Virus record (IMG/VR): IMGVR_UViG_3300005511_000021
Length of the DNA: 42,797 bases
Strand: one strand, 5' to 3'
Source of the DNA: a virus
Part shown: piece after piece, positions 16,580 through 23,806 of the stretch
Layout: each line of letters begins with the position of its first letter
How positions within the stretch are numbered: the stretch's first letter is position 1
The notes under the pieces: generated by a model
The model's input: only the letters and a program-made list of their open reading frames with translations
Databases searched by the model: none
What the model was told of the DNA's origin: nothing
Position numbers and translations under genes: made by a program

Positions 16580-16978
16580 TTAATTTTGAGACGAATCCAT
16601 TCCCACGCCCGCCGAAGCAGGCTTTTCGTCAGCCTTTTCATTCTGTCCTCGCAGTCCCAGGCGCTGTGCCCGATACTTGTCCGCCGCTTCCTCGTTCGCG
16701 CGGCAGGCGGTGTCATAGGCGATCATCAGAGCGCGATAGACGGAGCCCGCTACGTCCTTCATCTCGGCCGTCTTGTATTGAAGACGGAAGAGATAGCTTT
16801 CCGGCACTCCGGTTTTCTTGGAGAGCCGATATCTTGCAGATTTTTCCCTATCGCCACGGCCGCGAAACTCACTGTCCATGAGTTCCTCAGCCCAGCCTTT
16901 TGCTTCAATCAACGCCATGCTTGTCATGTTGTCCTCGGAACCGTTCTTTCCGGATCTGGAAACGCTATTTCCGTTCAT
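16580..16978 (-). CDS. Hypothetical protein
   Basis: The track ORF starts at a TTG (17044) that lies inside a terminator T-tract. ATG 16978 or ATG 16927 (GAGGA upstream) is more plausible. Confidence 0.6.
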   Translation of the reverse strand: MNGNSVSRSGKNGSEDNMTSMALIEAKGWAEELMDSEFRGRGDREKSARYRLSKKTGVPESYLFRLQYKTAEMKDVAGSVYRALMIAYDTACRANEEAADKYRAQRLGLRGQNEKADEKPASAGVGMDSSQN

Positions 16979-17040
16979 CTGCGTGCCCCTGTGCGAAAGT
17001 CTCCTCGTTCGAAGGAGAGACCGATGCACAAGAGCGTCAC

Positions 17041-17093
17041 TCAAAACAAAGACGACGATGCCAAAATGCTTGCCGGCGTTCCGGCATCGTCGT
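17041..17093 (-). terminator. Candidate intrinsic terminator on the minus strand
   Basis: 11-bp stem ACGACGATGCC/GGCATCGTCGT (17052..17062 and 17083..17093) with an inner GCCGG/CCGGC stem. On the minus strand it is followed by CTTTGTTTTGA. Confidence 0.45.
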
Positions 17094-17231
17094 TGCCCAA
17101 GCGTCCGCCGCTGGGTATTCCCGTTATTCTCAGTTTCCAGGCCGACCGCCGCCGCTATCTAGGTCTGGAAGATGCAAGCGACCCGGTTGAGGGGTTTGAG
17201 TCGATCGGGTCGCTTGCCGTTCGTATCGTCG

Positions 17232-17247
17232 GGCAGTTTGAACTGCC
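17232..17247. promoter_or_regulatory. 16-bp palindrome GGCAGTT-TG-AACTGCC (candidate protein-binding site)
   Basis: 7-bp perfect arms, located in the 257-bp non-coding gap between two hairpins. Confidence 0.35.
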
Positions 17248-17249
17248 TC

Positions 17250-17298
17250 GGATAAAGGCGCTGGCGCAGGGTCGTAGGGGGCCAAGCCCTGCGCCAGC
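17250..17298 (-). terminator. GC-rich hairpin immediately after the stop of 17302..17643 (candidate terminator)
   Basis: 12-bp perfect stem GCTGGCGCAGGG/CCCTGCGCCAGC (17260..17271 and 17287..17298) with a 15-nt loop. On the minus strand it is followed by GCCTTTATCC, a weak U-tract. Confidence 0.4.
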
Positions 17299-17301
17299 CA
17301 C

Positions 17302-17643
17302 TCACGATCCCTGGGAGGAAGAAACGTGAGGATCTGGAATGTCGATGTTCAGTCGTTCGGCGACGATCGGGTGATGCTCTAGAAGCCATGCGTGGTGGTC
17401 ATATTCGTCGTCACCCATGTGCTGGAACCACGGCCATTCTTCACCCCAAGCGTCGTTCAGCTCTGCGTAGGCTCTTGCCGCCGCTTGGCACTCGACATGG
17501 GTATGAAGGCTGTAAGCATTGCCTTCGTAGATTCCAAACGAGTAGTGCGCTGGAGATCCAGCATCGATCCATCGATTGCACTGCTCGCAGACATGCCGCT
17601 TGCGCGTTGCCTTGATTTCGCGAGAGGACTGGAAGTCGCTCAT
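17302..17643 (-). CDS. Hypothetical Cys/His-containing protein
   Basis: 113-aa ORF with CEQCNRW...HTHVEC, possibly metal-binding. Confidence 0.65.
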   Translation of the reverse strand: MSDFQSSREIKATRKRHVCEQCNRWIDAGSPAHYSFGIYEGNAYSLHTHVECQAAARAYAELNDAWGEEWPWFQHMGDDEYDHHAWLLEHHPIVAERLNIDIPDPHVSSSQGS

Positions 17644-17810
17644 CTCGCCAACTCCTCCTTCAGGCAGACAGCGAGGCGATCGGCGAGGAAAGCCTCTACT
17701 TCGCCTTCGTCGTCTGCTCGTGGGTAGTTGATCTCCAGATTGCGCTTCAGGAGCTTGCCGAGGATGACAGAGAAGGCCAGGGCGGCTAGGAAAATTGCGA
17801 GGTAGGTCAT
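17640..17810 (-). CDS. Small single-pass membrane protein
   Basis: My translation is MTYLAIFLAALAFSVILGKLLKRNLEINYPRADDEGEVEAFLADRLAVCLKEELAR (56 aa). ATGA-coupled at both ends. Below the track cutoff. Confidence 0.5.
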   Translation of the reverse strand: MTYLAIFLAALAFSVILGKLLKRNLEINYPRADDEGEVEAFLADRLAVCLKEELAR

Positions 17811-18001
17811 ATGCTTTCGATCTCCCGGATTTCGTTGCTGATCGCTTGAAGCGCCTTAAAGACGGTGGCGAACTGATCTGCCGGGATCGTCACCTCGTCG
17901 TCGTACAGTTTGAAAAGGTTGGCCTGGGTGATGATGATGCTGCCGTCAGGCTTGCGCTCTATGGTGATTTCGCCGGGGGATTGGGGAGTTGGTTCGGTCA
18001 T
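17807..18001 (-). CDS. Hypothetical protein
   Basis: 64-aa ORF, ATGA-coupled. Confidence 0.6.
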   Translation of the reverse strand: MTEPTPQSPGEITIERKPDGSIIITQANLFKLYDDEVTIPADQFATVFKALQAISNEIREIESI

Positions 18002-18345
18002 GCTGCGTCCTCCTCATCAACTGGAGTGGCCCATTCCATGATTTCGATACCGCAATTGTCTGCAAGCGCTCTTTCAGCCGATGCGCCCTTTGATTTCTCC
18101 CATCCAGGAAGCAAAATCAGCAGGTCGGCCTCAAGGCAGATGAAAGACGAGTATGCCGCGAAAGCTGCCCTGATCGGGAACGGCTGCGTCGGATCTGGGT
18201 GTGGGAATTCTGATGGGTCGTATACGCGATGACCGTTAGCCCTGAGACCCGCCGCAACCTCCCGGAACAATGGGTAGTTCCGCTCTGGATAACCCTTCAT
18301 CGGGCCAGACAAGTAAATGATACGCGGTGTGACAGTGTCGCTCAT
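17998..18345 (-). CDS. DUF4406 / nucleoside 2-deoxyribosyltransferase-like protein
   Basis: 115 aa with IIYLSGPMKGYPERNYPLF...LEADLLILLPGWEKSKGASAERALA. Confidence 0.7.
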   Translation of the reverse strand: MSDTVTPRIIYLSGPMKGYPERNYPLFREVAAGLRANGHRVYDPSEFPHPDPTQPFPIRAAFAAYSSFICLEADLLILLPGWEKSKGASAERALADNCGIEIMEWATPVDEEDAA

Positions 18346-18647
18346 GCCGCACTCTCCTTTGCCCGCTGGGGATGGGTGGGGGATGGAGGGGCGGCCTCAT
18401 CGATTGCTGCGGTGTATTCGTCAACAGCCTTACGCACGTCGACACGGTACATGCCGGTCGCTTTTGAAACCTGTCCTTCGCTAAGGATGCCTTCGACGTG
18501 AAGACGGACAAGGACTGCCCTCATTCTGTCGCATGCCGCACAAGGGCCGGGAGAACGGCTATAGGATCCGTTGTGCCCAAGATGGCCGTACTTCTCGCGG
18601 CGCGTTTTCCATGCCCGTTTGCGTATTTCGCCGATGGATTCGCTCAT
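18342..18647 (-). CDS. Hypothetical protein
   Basis: 101-aa ORF, ATGA-coupled, ends in SAA. Confidence 0.65.
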   Translation of the reverse strand: MSESIGEIRKRAWKTRREKYGHLGHNGSYSRSPGPCAACDRMRAVLVRLHVEGILSEGQVSKATGMYRVDVRKAVDEYTAAIDEAAPPSPTHPQRAKESAA

Positions 18648-19021
18648 GCCGCAGCCTCGTCCAGATCAATCACGTACGTGAACTTGAATCCTCGCGACCA
18701 ACGGCGAAACTTCTCAGTGGTGGCGATATGAAGTTTCCCTTTGCCGAACTCGCGGCCATCCGGGTCAATCCATTTGACCGTATAGAAAACGCGCTCTGGG
18801 TATCTCCCAGGCTTGTGAACATCCACCACCGTGAGGACTTGGAATCCCTCTCCATCGGCAATGATGTCGGTTTCGTCGCCGTAGTACCCGGCCTCCTCAA
18901 AACGAGCACCTGGGGTCCACGTCTTCGTCTGATGTTCTCCGTCTTCATCGAAGGTGCTGTATGTTCCTCTGACGAAAGGATAACTGTTTCGGAACACTTG
19001 CCCTGCAGTGAACTCGCTCAT
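18644..19021 (-). CDS. Hypothetical protein
   Basis: 125-aa ORF, ATGA-coupled, ends in AAA. Confidence 0.65.
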   Translation of the reverse strand: MSEFTAGQVFRNSYPFVRGTYSTFDEDGEHQTKTWTPGARFEEAGYYGDETDIIADGEGFQVLTVVDVHKPGRYPERVFYTVKWIDPDGREFGKGKLHIATTEKFRRWSRGFKFTYVIDLDEAAA

Positions 19022-19095
19022 GCTGCGGACTCCTTCGACCGCTCCTGCTCATCAAGCCAGTCGACGACGCGCTGGTATGTGTTGATGTTGCTCAT
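19018..19095 (-). CDS. 25-aa coupling ORF (MSNINTYQRVVDWLDEQERSKESAA)
   Basis: ATGA overlaps at both ends exactly fill the gap between neighbouring genes. GGAG lies upstream. Confidence 0.4.
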   Translation of the reverse strand: MSNINTYQRVVDWLDEQERSKESAA

Positions 19096-19475
19096 GCCGC
19101 AGACTCCTCGACAGCGTGCAATTCAAACCAAAACCGGTGGACAGGAAGGGCTGGGAATTGGAACCCGACAGCATCGAGCCAATCGACGATCTCTCTCGTC
19201 AGGTTTGGCCGCCCAGACTTCTTTATTGCGACATACTGGCGATACTCTTCCAGGGTTTTCAGGCCCTTTGCGCAATTGCATGCCTTGCAGGCCGGGACCA
19301 TGTTTTCCAGCGTGTCAAGTCCGCCCTTTGCCTTTGGCAGCAGGTGATCCGCGTCCATCCAGGAATTGTACCGCCCTTCAATCGTATCGACTTCGTCTGG
19401 CGTCAGGGCGAGCCCGCAATAGTAGCAATGGCCACCCGTCTTGTTCCATACGGCTTGTCTCGTGAGGCTTTTCAT
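19092..19475 (-). CDS. HNH endonuclease
   Basis: ATG 19475 is ATGA-coupled, giving 127 aa. Contains CYYCGLAL...DADHLLPKAKGGLDTLENMVPACKACNCAKG. Confidence 0.85.
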   Translation of the reverse strand: MKSLTRQAVWNKTGGHCYYCGLALTPDEVDTIEGRYNSWMDADHLLPKAKGGLDTLENMVPACKACNCAKGLKTLEEYRQYVAIKKSGRPNLTREIVDWLDAVGFQFPALPVHRFWFELHAVEESAA

Positions 19476-19675
19476 GCTGCCGACTCCCGCGCCGGACGGA
19501 ATGCATCCGGGATCAGCTCCTCGCGAGAGATCCCGGTGAACTCCGACACTTCCGGCAGATATTCGACCGGAACGTTCTTCCATTGGGAGATCGTTGACGG
19601 CTGCAGACCAAGACGCTCAGCGAGCCTGACCTGTGTGCCGCGATTTGCTTTGAAGAATTCAATGAGCTTTTCCAT
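19472..19675 (-). CDS. Cro/YdaS-like HTH regulator, first gene of the leftward early operon
   Basis: 67 aa from ATG 19675. QVRLAERLGLQPSTISQWKN is an HTH. The track's TTG start at 19693 is the operator sequence TTGACTGAA. Confidence 0.75.
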   Translation of the reverse strand: MEKLIEFFKANRGTQVRLAERLGLQPSTISQWKNVPVEYLPEVSEFTGISREELIPDAFRPARESAA

Positions 19676-19684
19676 GCCCCCATA

Positions 19685-19727
19685 TTCAGTCAAAATGAAA
19701 TTCAGTCAAGCAAAATCTTTCAGTCGA
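19685..19727. promoter_or_regulatory. Three direct copies of the operator TTCAGTC(A/G)A in switch region 1
   Basis: Copies at 19685..19693, 19701..19709 and 19719..19727, between the divergent HTH genes. Confidence 0.6.
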
Positions 19728-19768
19728 GCGCTATGGAATGCATTTTTCTCATGAGCGAAAATTGAGGC

Positions 19769-20095
19769 ATGGGAACACGGAAGAAAACAGACGGCTCGAA
19801 CGGCCCTCGCCACTACATCAGGGAGTGGCGGAAGTACCGCGGCCTTACGCAGGAGCAGTTGGCGGGGAGACTGGGGGTTGTAACTTCTAGCGTCTCCCAG
19901 CTGGAAACCGGCAAGCAGGGCTATAGCCAGCCAATGCTTGAGGCGATCGCGGACGCGCTTGGTTGCGGGCCTGCAGATCTCCTGAATGTGAACCCGTTCA
20001 TGGAAGGCGAGGTCGTCGACCTGATGCGGCTCATCAACGACAAGAACCGCGACCAGGCCATCCGAGTGCTACGCGCGCTGACCGGCACGGATTAG
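19769..20095 (+). CDS. XRE-family HTH regulator with no S24 peptidase domain
   Basis: 108 aa. RGLTQEQLAGRLGVVTSSVSQLETGKQ is an HTH. Confidence 0.85.
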   Translation: MGTRKKTDGSNGPRHYIREWRKYRGLTQEQLAGRLGVVTSSVSQLETGKQGYSQPMLEAIADALGCGPADLLNVNPFMEGEVVDLMRLINDKNRDQAIRVLRALTGTD

Positions 20096-20304
20096 AGAAT
20101 TTTCGAAACCAAAACGAACTCGAGATTTTTGTCGACGGTGACGCGCCATTGTCCGCCGGCAAGTCTCCGCATGGTTTCTGACAGCTGGCCGGCCTCTTTC
20201 AAGCATACTTCCTGAGGCGACGACTGTGCCGACGCAGACTTGACGACGGTCGAAGCCGCCACGCCGGTTGCAATTGTTCTTATTATTTCCCGTCTTGTTT
20301 GCAT
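20092..20304 (-). CDS. Small exported protein with a twin-arginine signal peptide
   Basis: ATG 20304 with GGGGAG Shine-Dalgarno. MQTRREIIRTIATGVAASTVVKSASA then QSS. Mature part about 44 aa. Confidence 0.6.
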   Translation of the reverse strand: MQTRREIIRTIATGVAASTVVKSASAQSSPQEVCLKEAGQLSETMRRLAGGQWRVTVDKNLEFVLVSKIL

Positions 20305-20544
20305 ATGGCGCACTCCCCGCGATTTTCCTTGTAGGCTGAGGCTTTTTAGCAATTTATCAACTTCGAAAGTGCGCTATCCGGCACTTCTGCGGCGGGTGGT
20401 TAACGGATCGGCCAATGATCGAGGCGATTTCTAGCCATCGGATTCTATGCTTTCACAACACTGTCCCACCCTTCCAATTACTCCCCTCAGAGCAAGATCT
20501 TTATACCCTAAGATAACTCTGTTCTAAAACTGACCGTTCTAATG

Positions 20545-20592
20545 GGTGCATCACCACGCACCTCAGCAGGTGCATCACCACGCACCTCAGAA
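20545..20592. repeat. Tandem 24-bp direct repeat, 2 copies
   Basis: GGTGCATCACCACGCACCTCAGCA followed by GGTGCATCACCACGCACCTCAGAA. Each copy contains GGTGC...GCACC inverted arms. The second copy overlaps the stop codon of 20587..20940. Confidence 0.9.
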
Positions 20593-20940
20593 CGGGCCGG
20601 ACAATTCGACAGGGACAAGCTCGTAGGCATTAAACAATTTTGTATGGCCTGGGACTTTGACGCGGGTGGCCCTGATCAGCTTTTCGTCCTTCAGCTTCCT
20701 GACCGCGCTTTTGACGACGCGGACGCCGCAGTCCAGATCCTCGGCAATTCGGCTTTGAGATAGAACCCACGGCGTCGTCGGGTTGATGGCCGAGGCTATA
20801 CGGATTGCCACCAGCTTCTCCACATAGGTGTATTCGTCCTTTCTCTTGCAAAGGATGAACTTAATCCAGTTATCGCGCATCCGGTAAAACTGCCCTGCCG
20901 GAGAGAGCTTCTGCGTCTGTATGTCCATGCTCACAGACAT
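20587..20940 (-). CDS. Winged-helix DNA-binding protein (candidate repressor or initiator)
   Basis: 117 aa from ATG 20940. QSRIAEDLDCGVRVVKSAVRKLKDEKLI is wHTH-like. The track's TTG start at 20964 is operator sequence. Confidence 0.7.
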   Translation of the reverse strand: MSVSMDIQTQKLSPAGQFYRMRDNWIKFILCKRKDEYTYVEKLVAIRIASAINPTTPWVLSQSRIAEDLDCGVRVVKSAVRKLKDEKLIRATRVKVPGHTKLFNAYELVPVELSGPF

Positions 20941-20955
20941 AAGCCGGAAACAAAT

Positions 20956-20997
20956 TTCAGTCAAAGCGAAAATTCGTCTTGACTGAATTTCAGTCGC
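20956..20997. promoter_or_regulatory. Second operator set using the same TTCAGTC half-site, including a 15-bp perfect palindrome
   Basis: TTCAGTCAA at 20956..20964. GACTGAA-T-TTCAGTC palindrome at 20981..20995. The downstream TTCAGTCGCTCGCTATG parallels TTCAGTCGAGCGCTATG at 19719. Confidence 0.6.
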
Positions 20998-21045
20998 TCG
21001 CTATGTTCTCCTCAACGAAACGCAGAACAGCAGATCTCAGCCCAC

Positions 21046-21063
21046 GGCCGATCTGCAGCAACG
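21046..21063 (+). repeat. 18-bp leader repeat GGCCGATCTGCAGCAACG, copy 1
   Basis: Identical to 21297..21314. Ends 15 nt before ATG 21079. Confidence 0.9.
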
Positions 21064-21078
21064 AACCGAGGAACGACG

Positions 21079-21279
21079 ATGACGATCACCAAGCAAATCG
21101 AAATGGCCCGCAAGATGCTGAACGCCGGCAATGGCTCAGCTTATGCCCGCCTGATGTCTGGCTCGATCCGCGCTGCGATGAGCGACCGCGCTGCCAAGGC
21201 ATTCCGGGCTGCGATCGTCGAGGATGGCGCCGAGCGCTTCTTTGTCAATCTCAACACGAACTGCCCGCTGGCAGCCTGA
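21079..21279 (+). CDS. Hypothetical protein
   Basis: 66-aa ORF, first gene of the rightward operon, ends in PLAA. Confidence 0.65.
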   Translation: MTITKQIEMARKMLNAGNGSAYARLMSGSIRAAMSDRAAKAFRAAIVEDGAERFFVNLNTNCPLAA

Positions 21280-21296
21280 TAAATTTCACCAGCAGA

Positions 21297-21314
21297 GGCC
21301 GATCTGCAGCAACG
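21297..21314 (+). repeat. 18-bp leader repeat GGCCGATCTGCAGCAACG, copy 2
   Basis: Ends 6 nt before ATG 21321. Confidence 0.9.
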
Positions 21315-21320
21315 GGACGG

Positions 21321-21617
21321 ATGAAGATGATGGACGTTCAATTCAGCGAGAACCTTTCGATCGTAGCGAAGATTGCCGATCGGGCGGGCTCCGGGATCAT
21401 CATGGCTTCAGGCGGGCGCATAGCGTTCATGATGGACATGCTGGCAGCGGACGGCGTCAACGGGAATGACCCGATCGACTTCCAAGCCCTTCTCGCAGCC
21501 GATGATTTCAACTTCATGCACGACGTCTGCGGCATCACCAAGCACCTCGATCGCGATACGGGAAAGCTCGTTGACCACTTCAGGCCGCGCTTTTCACGCC
21601 ATCGGTCTGCCGCCTGA
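21321..21617 (+). CDS. Hypothetical protein
   Basis: 98 aa from the internal ATG of track ORF 20979..21617. Contains FNFMHDVCGITKHLDRDTGKL. Confidence 0.65.
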   Translation: MKMMDVQFSENLSIVAKIADRAGSGIIMASGGRIAFMMDMLAADGVNGNDPIDFQALLAADDFNFMHDVCGITKHLDRDTGKLVDHFRPRFSRHRSAA

Positions 21618-21663
21618 ACCACTCCCCCTGGCTCCCGATTGCCAGCTTGATTTGAGGACGACG

Positions 21664-21903
21664 ATGAGCACCATCAAGCAATTGAACTGGATAGAGAACG
21701 CCTCTCAGAAGAGCTTCGTTGCTGAGCCGTTCCCCGGCTTCAAATACGTCATCATCGACGATGACCGCGGGGTTGACTGGGGTATCGGCGGAGACGGGTG
21801 GAACCCGGTAGGCTCCGTTGATGAGGCAAAGACCGCCTGCCAGTTGGATTTCGCCGGTCGCGTTACAGCGCATCTCTCCGAAGATGATCTGGAGGGAATG
21901 TGA
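21664..21903 (+). CDS. Hypothetical protein; paralog-like to 27889..28167
   Basis: 79 aa. Shares the pattern L.W....SFA...G.Y.V....W.....EAK..CQ.D with 27889..28167. Confidence 0.6.
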   Translation: MSTIKQLNWIENASQKSFVAEPFPGFKYVIIDDDRGVDWGIGGDGWNPVGSVDEAKTACQLDFAGRVTAHLSEDDLEGM

Positions 21904-22157
21904 TGTCCGACACTTGCCCATACTGCAAAGGCACAGGGAAGATCGAGGCCACGCTGGCCGTCCGGCTTACCGCTCTTCGCCAAGTCAAAGGCGCCACCCA
22001 GGACGAAGTCGCTGATGCGGCAAGGGTTTCCCGTTCGCAGATCGCCAATCTTGAGCGAGGCCGAGGCGATCCTTCGATTTCATCGCTGATTGCACTCGCA
22101 GGCTATTTCGAGGTCAGCACCGATTATTTGCTCGGCATTGCGGAGGCACGCTCATGA
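21903..22157 (+). CDS. XRE-type HTH protein with an N-terminal CxxCxGxG zinc knuckle
   Basis: 84 aa. CPYCKGTG followed by ATQDEVADAARVSRSQIANLERG. Confidence 0.8.
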   Translation: MSDTCPYCKGTGKIEATLAVRLTALRQVKGATQDEVADAARVSRSQIANLERGRGDPSISSLIALAGYFEVSTDYLLGIAEARS

Positions 22158-22429
22158 GCCCGTTCGAAAACACATGGCGCATTGAAATCCTCAACCGCAC
22201 CGGATCCGTCAGCTATTTCTGCGGCTGGGATCGCGGAGAGCCAGACCTTTCCTCAAACCGCGAGGATGCGCTGGAATATTCCGACGTGATCGACGCAGCC
22301 CTTGACTACACGAAGATCGAGGGCCTCGGCCTCTCAGCCAGCATCGAGGTTTCGAAGCGGTTCACCGGCCACAGCGCCGCCGCTCGCCTTGAGCGCTTCT
22401 ATGCCGCCACCCTCCATGCAGCCGAATAG
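22154..22429 (+). CDS. Hypothetical protein
   Basis: 91-aa ORF, ATGA-coupled. Confidence 0.65.
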   Translation: MSPFENTWRIEILNRTGSVSYFCGWDRGEPDLSSNREDALEYSDVIDAALDYTKIEGLGLSASIEVSKRFTGHSAAARLERFYAATLHAAE

Positions 22430-22440
22430 GGAGCGAGACG

Positions 22441-22644
22441 ATGGAGTACATGGAAGCTCAGATGCAGGCTCGATACGACGCCTATAACGACGCTCTTAGG
22501 CAGGAAGAGGCTCGCGCTGACAACGCCGAGGCACTTGCATCCATCTTGCTTGAATGCCTCAAGGACGCCCGCCGTCTCCTCACCGATCAAGACGCTATCG
22601 ATCTCGTTCATATCGACGAGGTGATCGCCAAGGCAACCAAGTGA
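22441..22644 (+). CDS. Hypothetical helical protein
   Basis: 67-aa ORF. Confidence 0.6.
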   Translation: MEYMEAQMQARYDAYNDALRQEEARADNAEALASILLECLKDARRLLTDQDAIDLVHIDEVIAKATK

Positions 22645-22721
22645 CCAATACCACCCGGCAACGCCCTATCAATCCAATACCCGCCGCCTATGCGGCACAA
22701 CACCCCAAGGAGGGACATAGC

Positions 22722-22990
22722 ATGAAAGCAGTTTTGGTAACCACGGAACACCGCGGAGTTTTCGCCGGCCTGATCGAGGATGGTCAGGATCTCACGGCGC
22801 GCTCTATGCCGCTGAAGGCCGCCAAGATGGCGATCTATTGGGGCACCAAGCGCGGCGTCATGGAGCTTTGCAAGGACGGCCCGAACTCCAGCAGCAAGAT
22901 CAGCCTGCCGGCCGATATCCCGATGCTCCACAGCATCACGGCGATCTTCGACATTACGCCGGAAGCCTGGGCCAAGTGGGAAGCTGCCTG

Positions 22991-22991
<1 letters not shown>
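22722..22991 (+). CDS. Hypothetical protein
   Basis: 89 aa from ATG 22722 with AAGGAGGGA Shine-Dalgarno. Ends in EAA. Confidence 0.7.
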
Positions 22992-23488
<497 letters not shown>

Positions 23489-23590
23489 TCGAGTTCGGCG
23501 TCCGCCTCTTCACGGCGGCGGATTCCGAAAATGATCCCCACGCCCCTCCCCGCCGGGAGGAAGCCGAAGGCGATAGATGAGGAACGTAAC

Positions 23591-23806
23591 GTGAGCGAGA
23601 TACCAGACATACAATCCCGCGTGGCGGAGATCAACGCCAAGATCAAATCCGAACTTCTCCATGATCGCTTATCCGACGCCACAGCCAAGGCCATCGTGGT
23701 GGTGTGGATGGGGGCGGCTGTCTTCTTCGGGTTCATGCTTTCGGAGTCGCAGTTCAAAAATCAGGATCAAATCGCACAGGAGCAATATCATGCAAACCGC
23801 AATTGA
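23591..23806 (+). CDS. Small membrane protein
   Basis: I prefer GTG 23591 (GAGGAA Shine-Dalgarno, 7-nt spacing) over ATG 23531, which has none. TM segment AIVVVWMGAAVFFGFML. Confidence 0.55.
   Translation: MSEIPDIQSRVAEINAKIKSELLHDRLSDATAKAIVVVWMGAAVFFGFMLSESQFKNQDQIAQEQYHANRN

Noticed and set aside
19676-19693. TTG start codons of the track ORFs at 19693 and 20964 (both giving M-T-E)
   Set aside because: Both are the operator sequence TTGACTGAA. In-frame ATGs at 19675 and 20940 are the more plausible starts.
20545-20592. Possible CRISPR-like or iteron array
   Set aside because: There are only two abutting copies, with no spacers and no cas genes. I kept it as a simple tandem duplication or hairpin pair.
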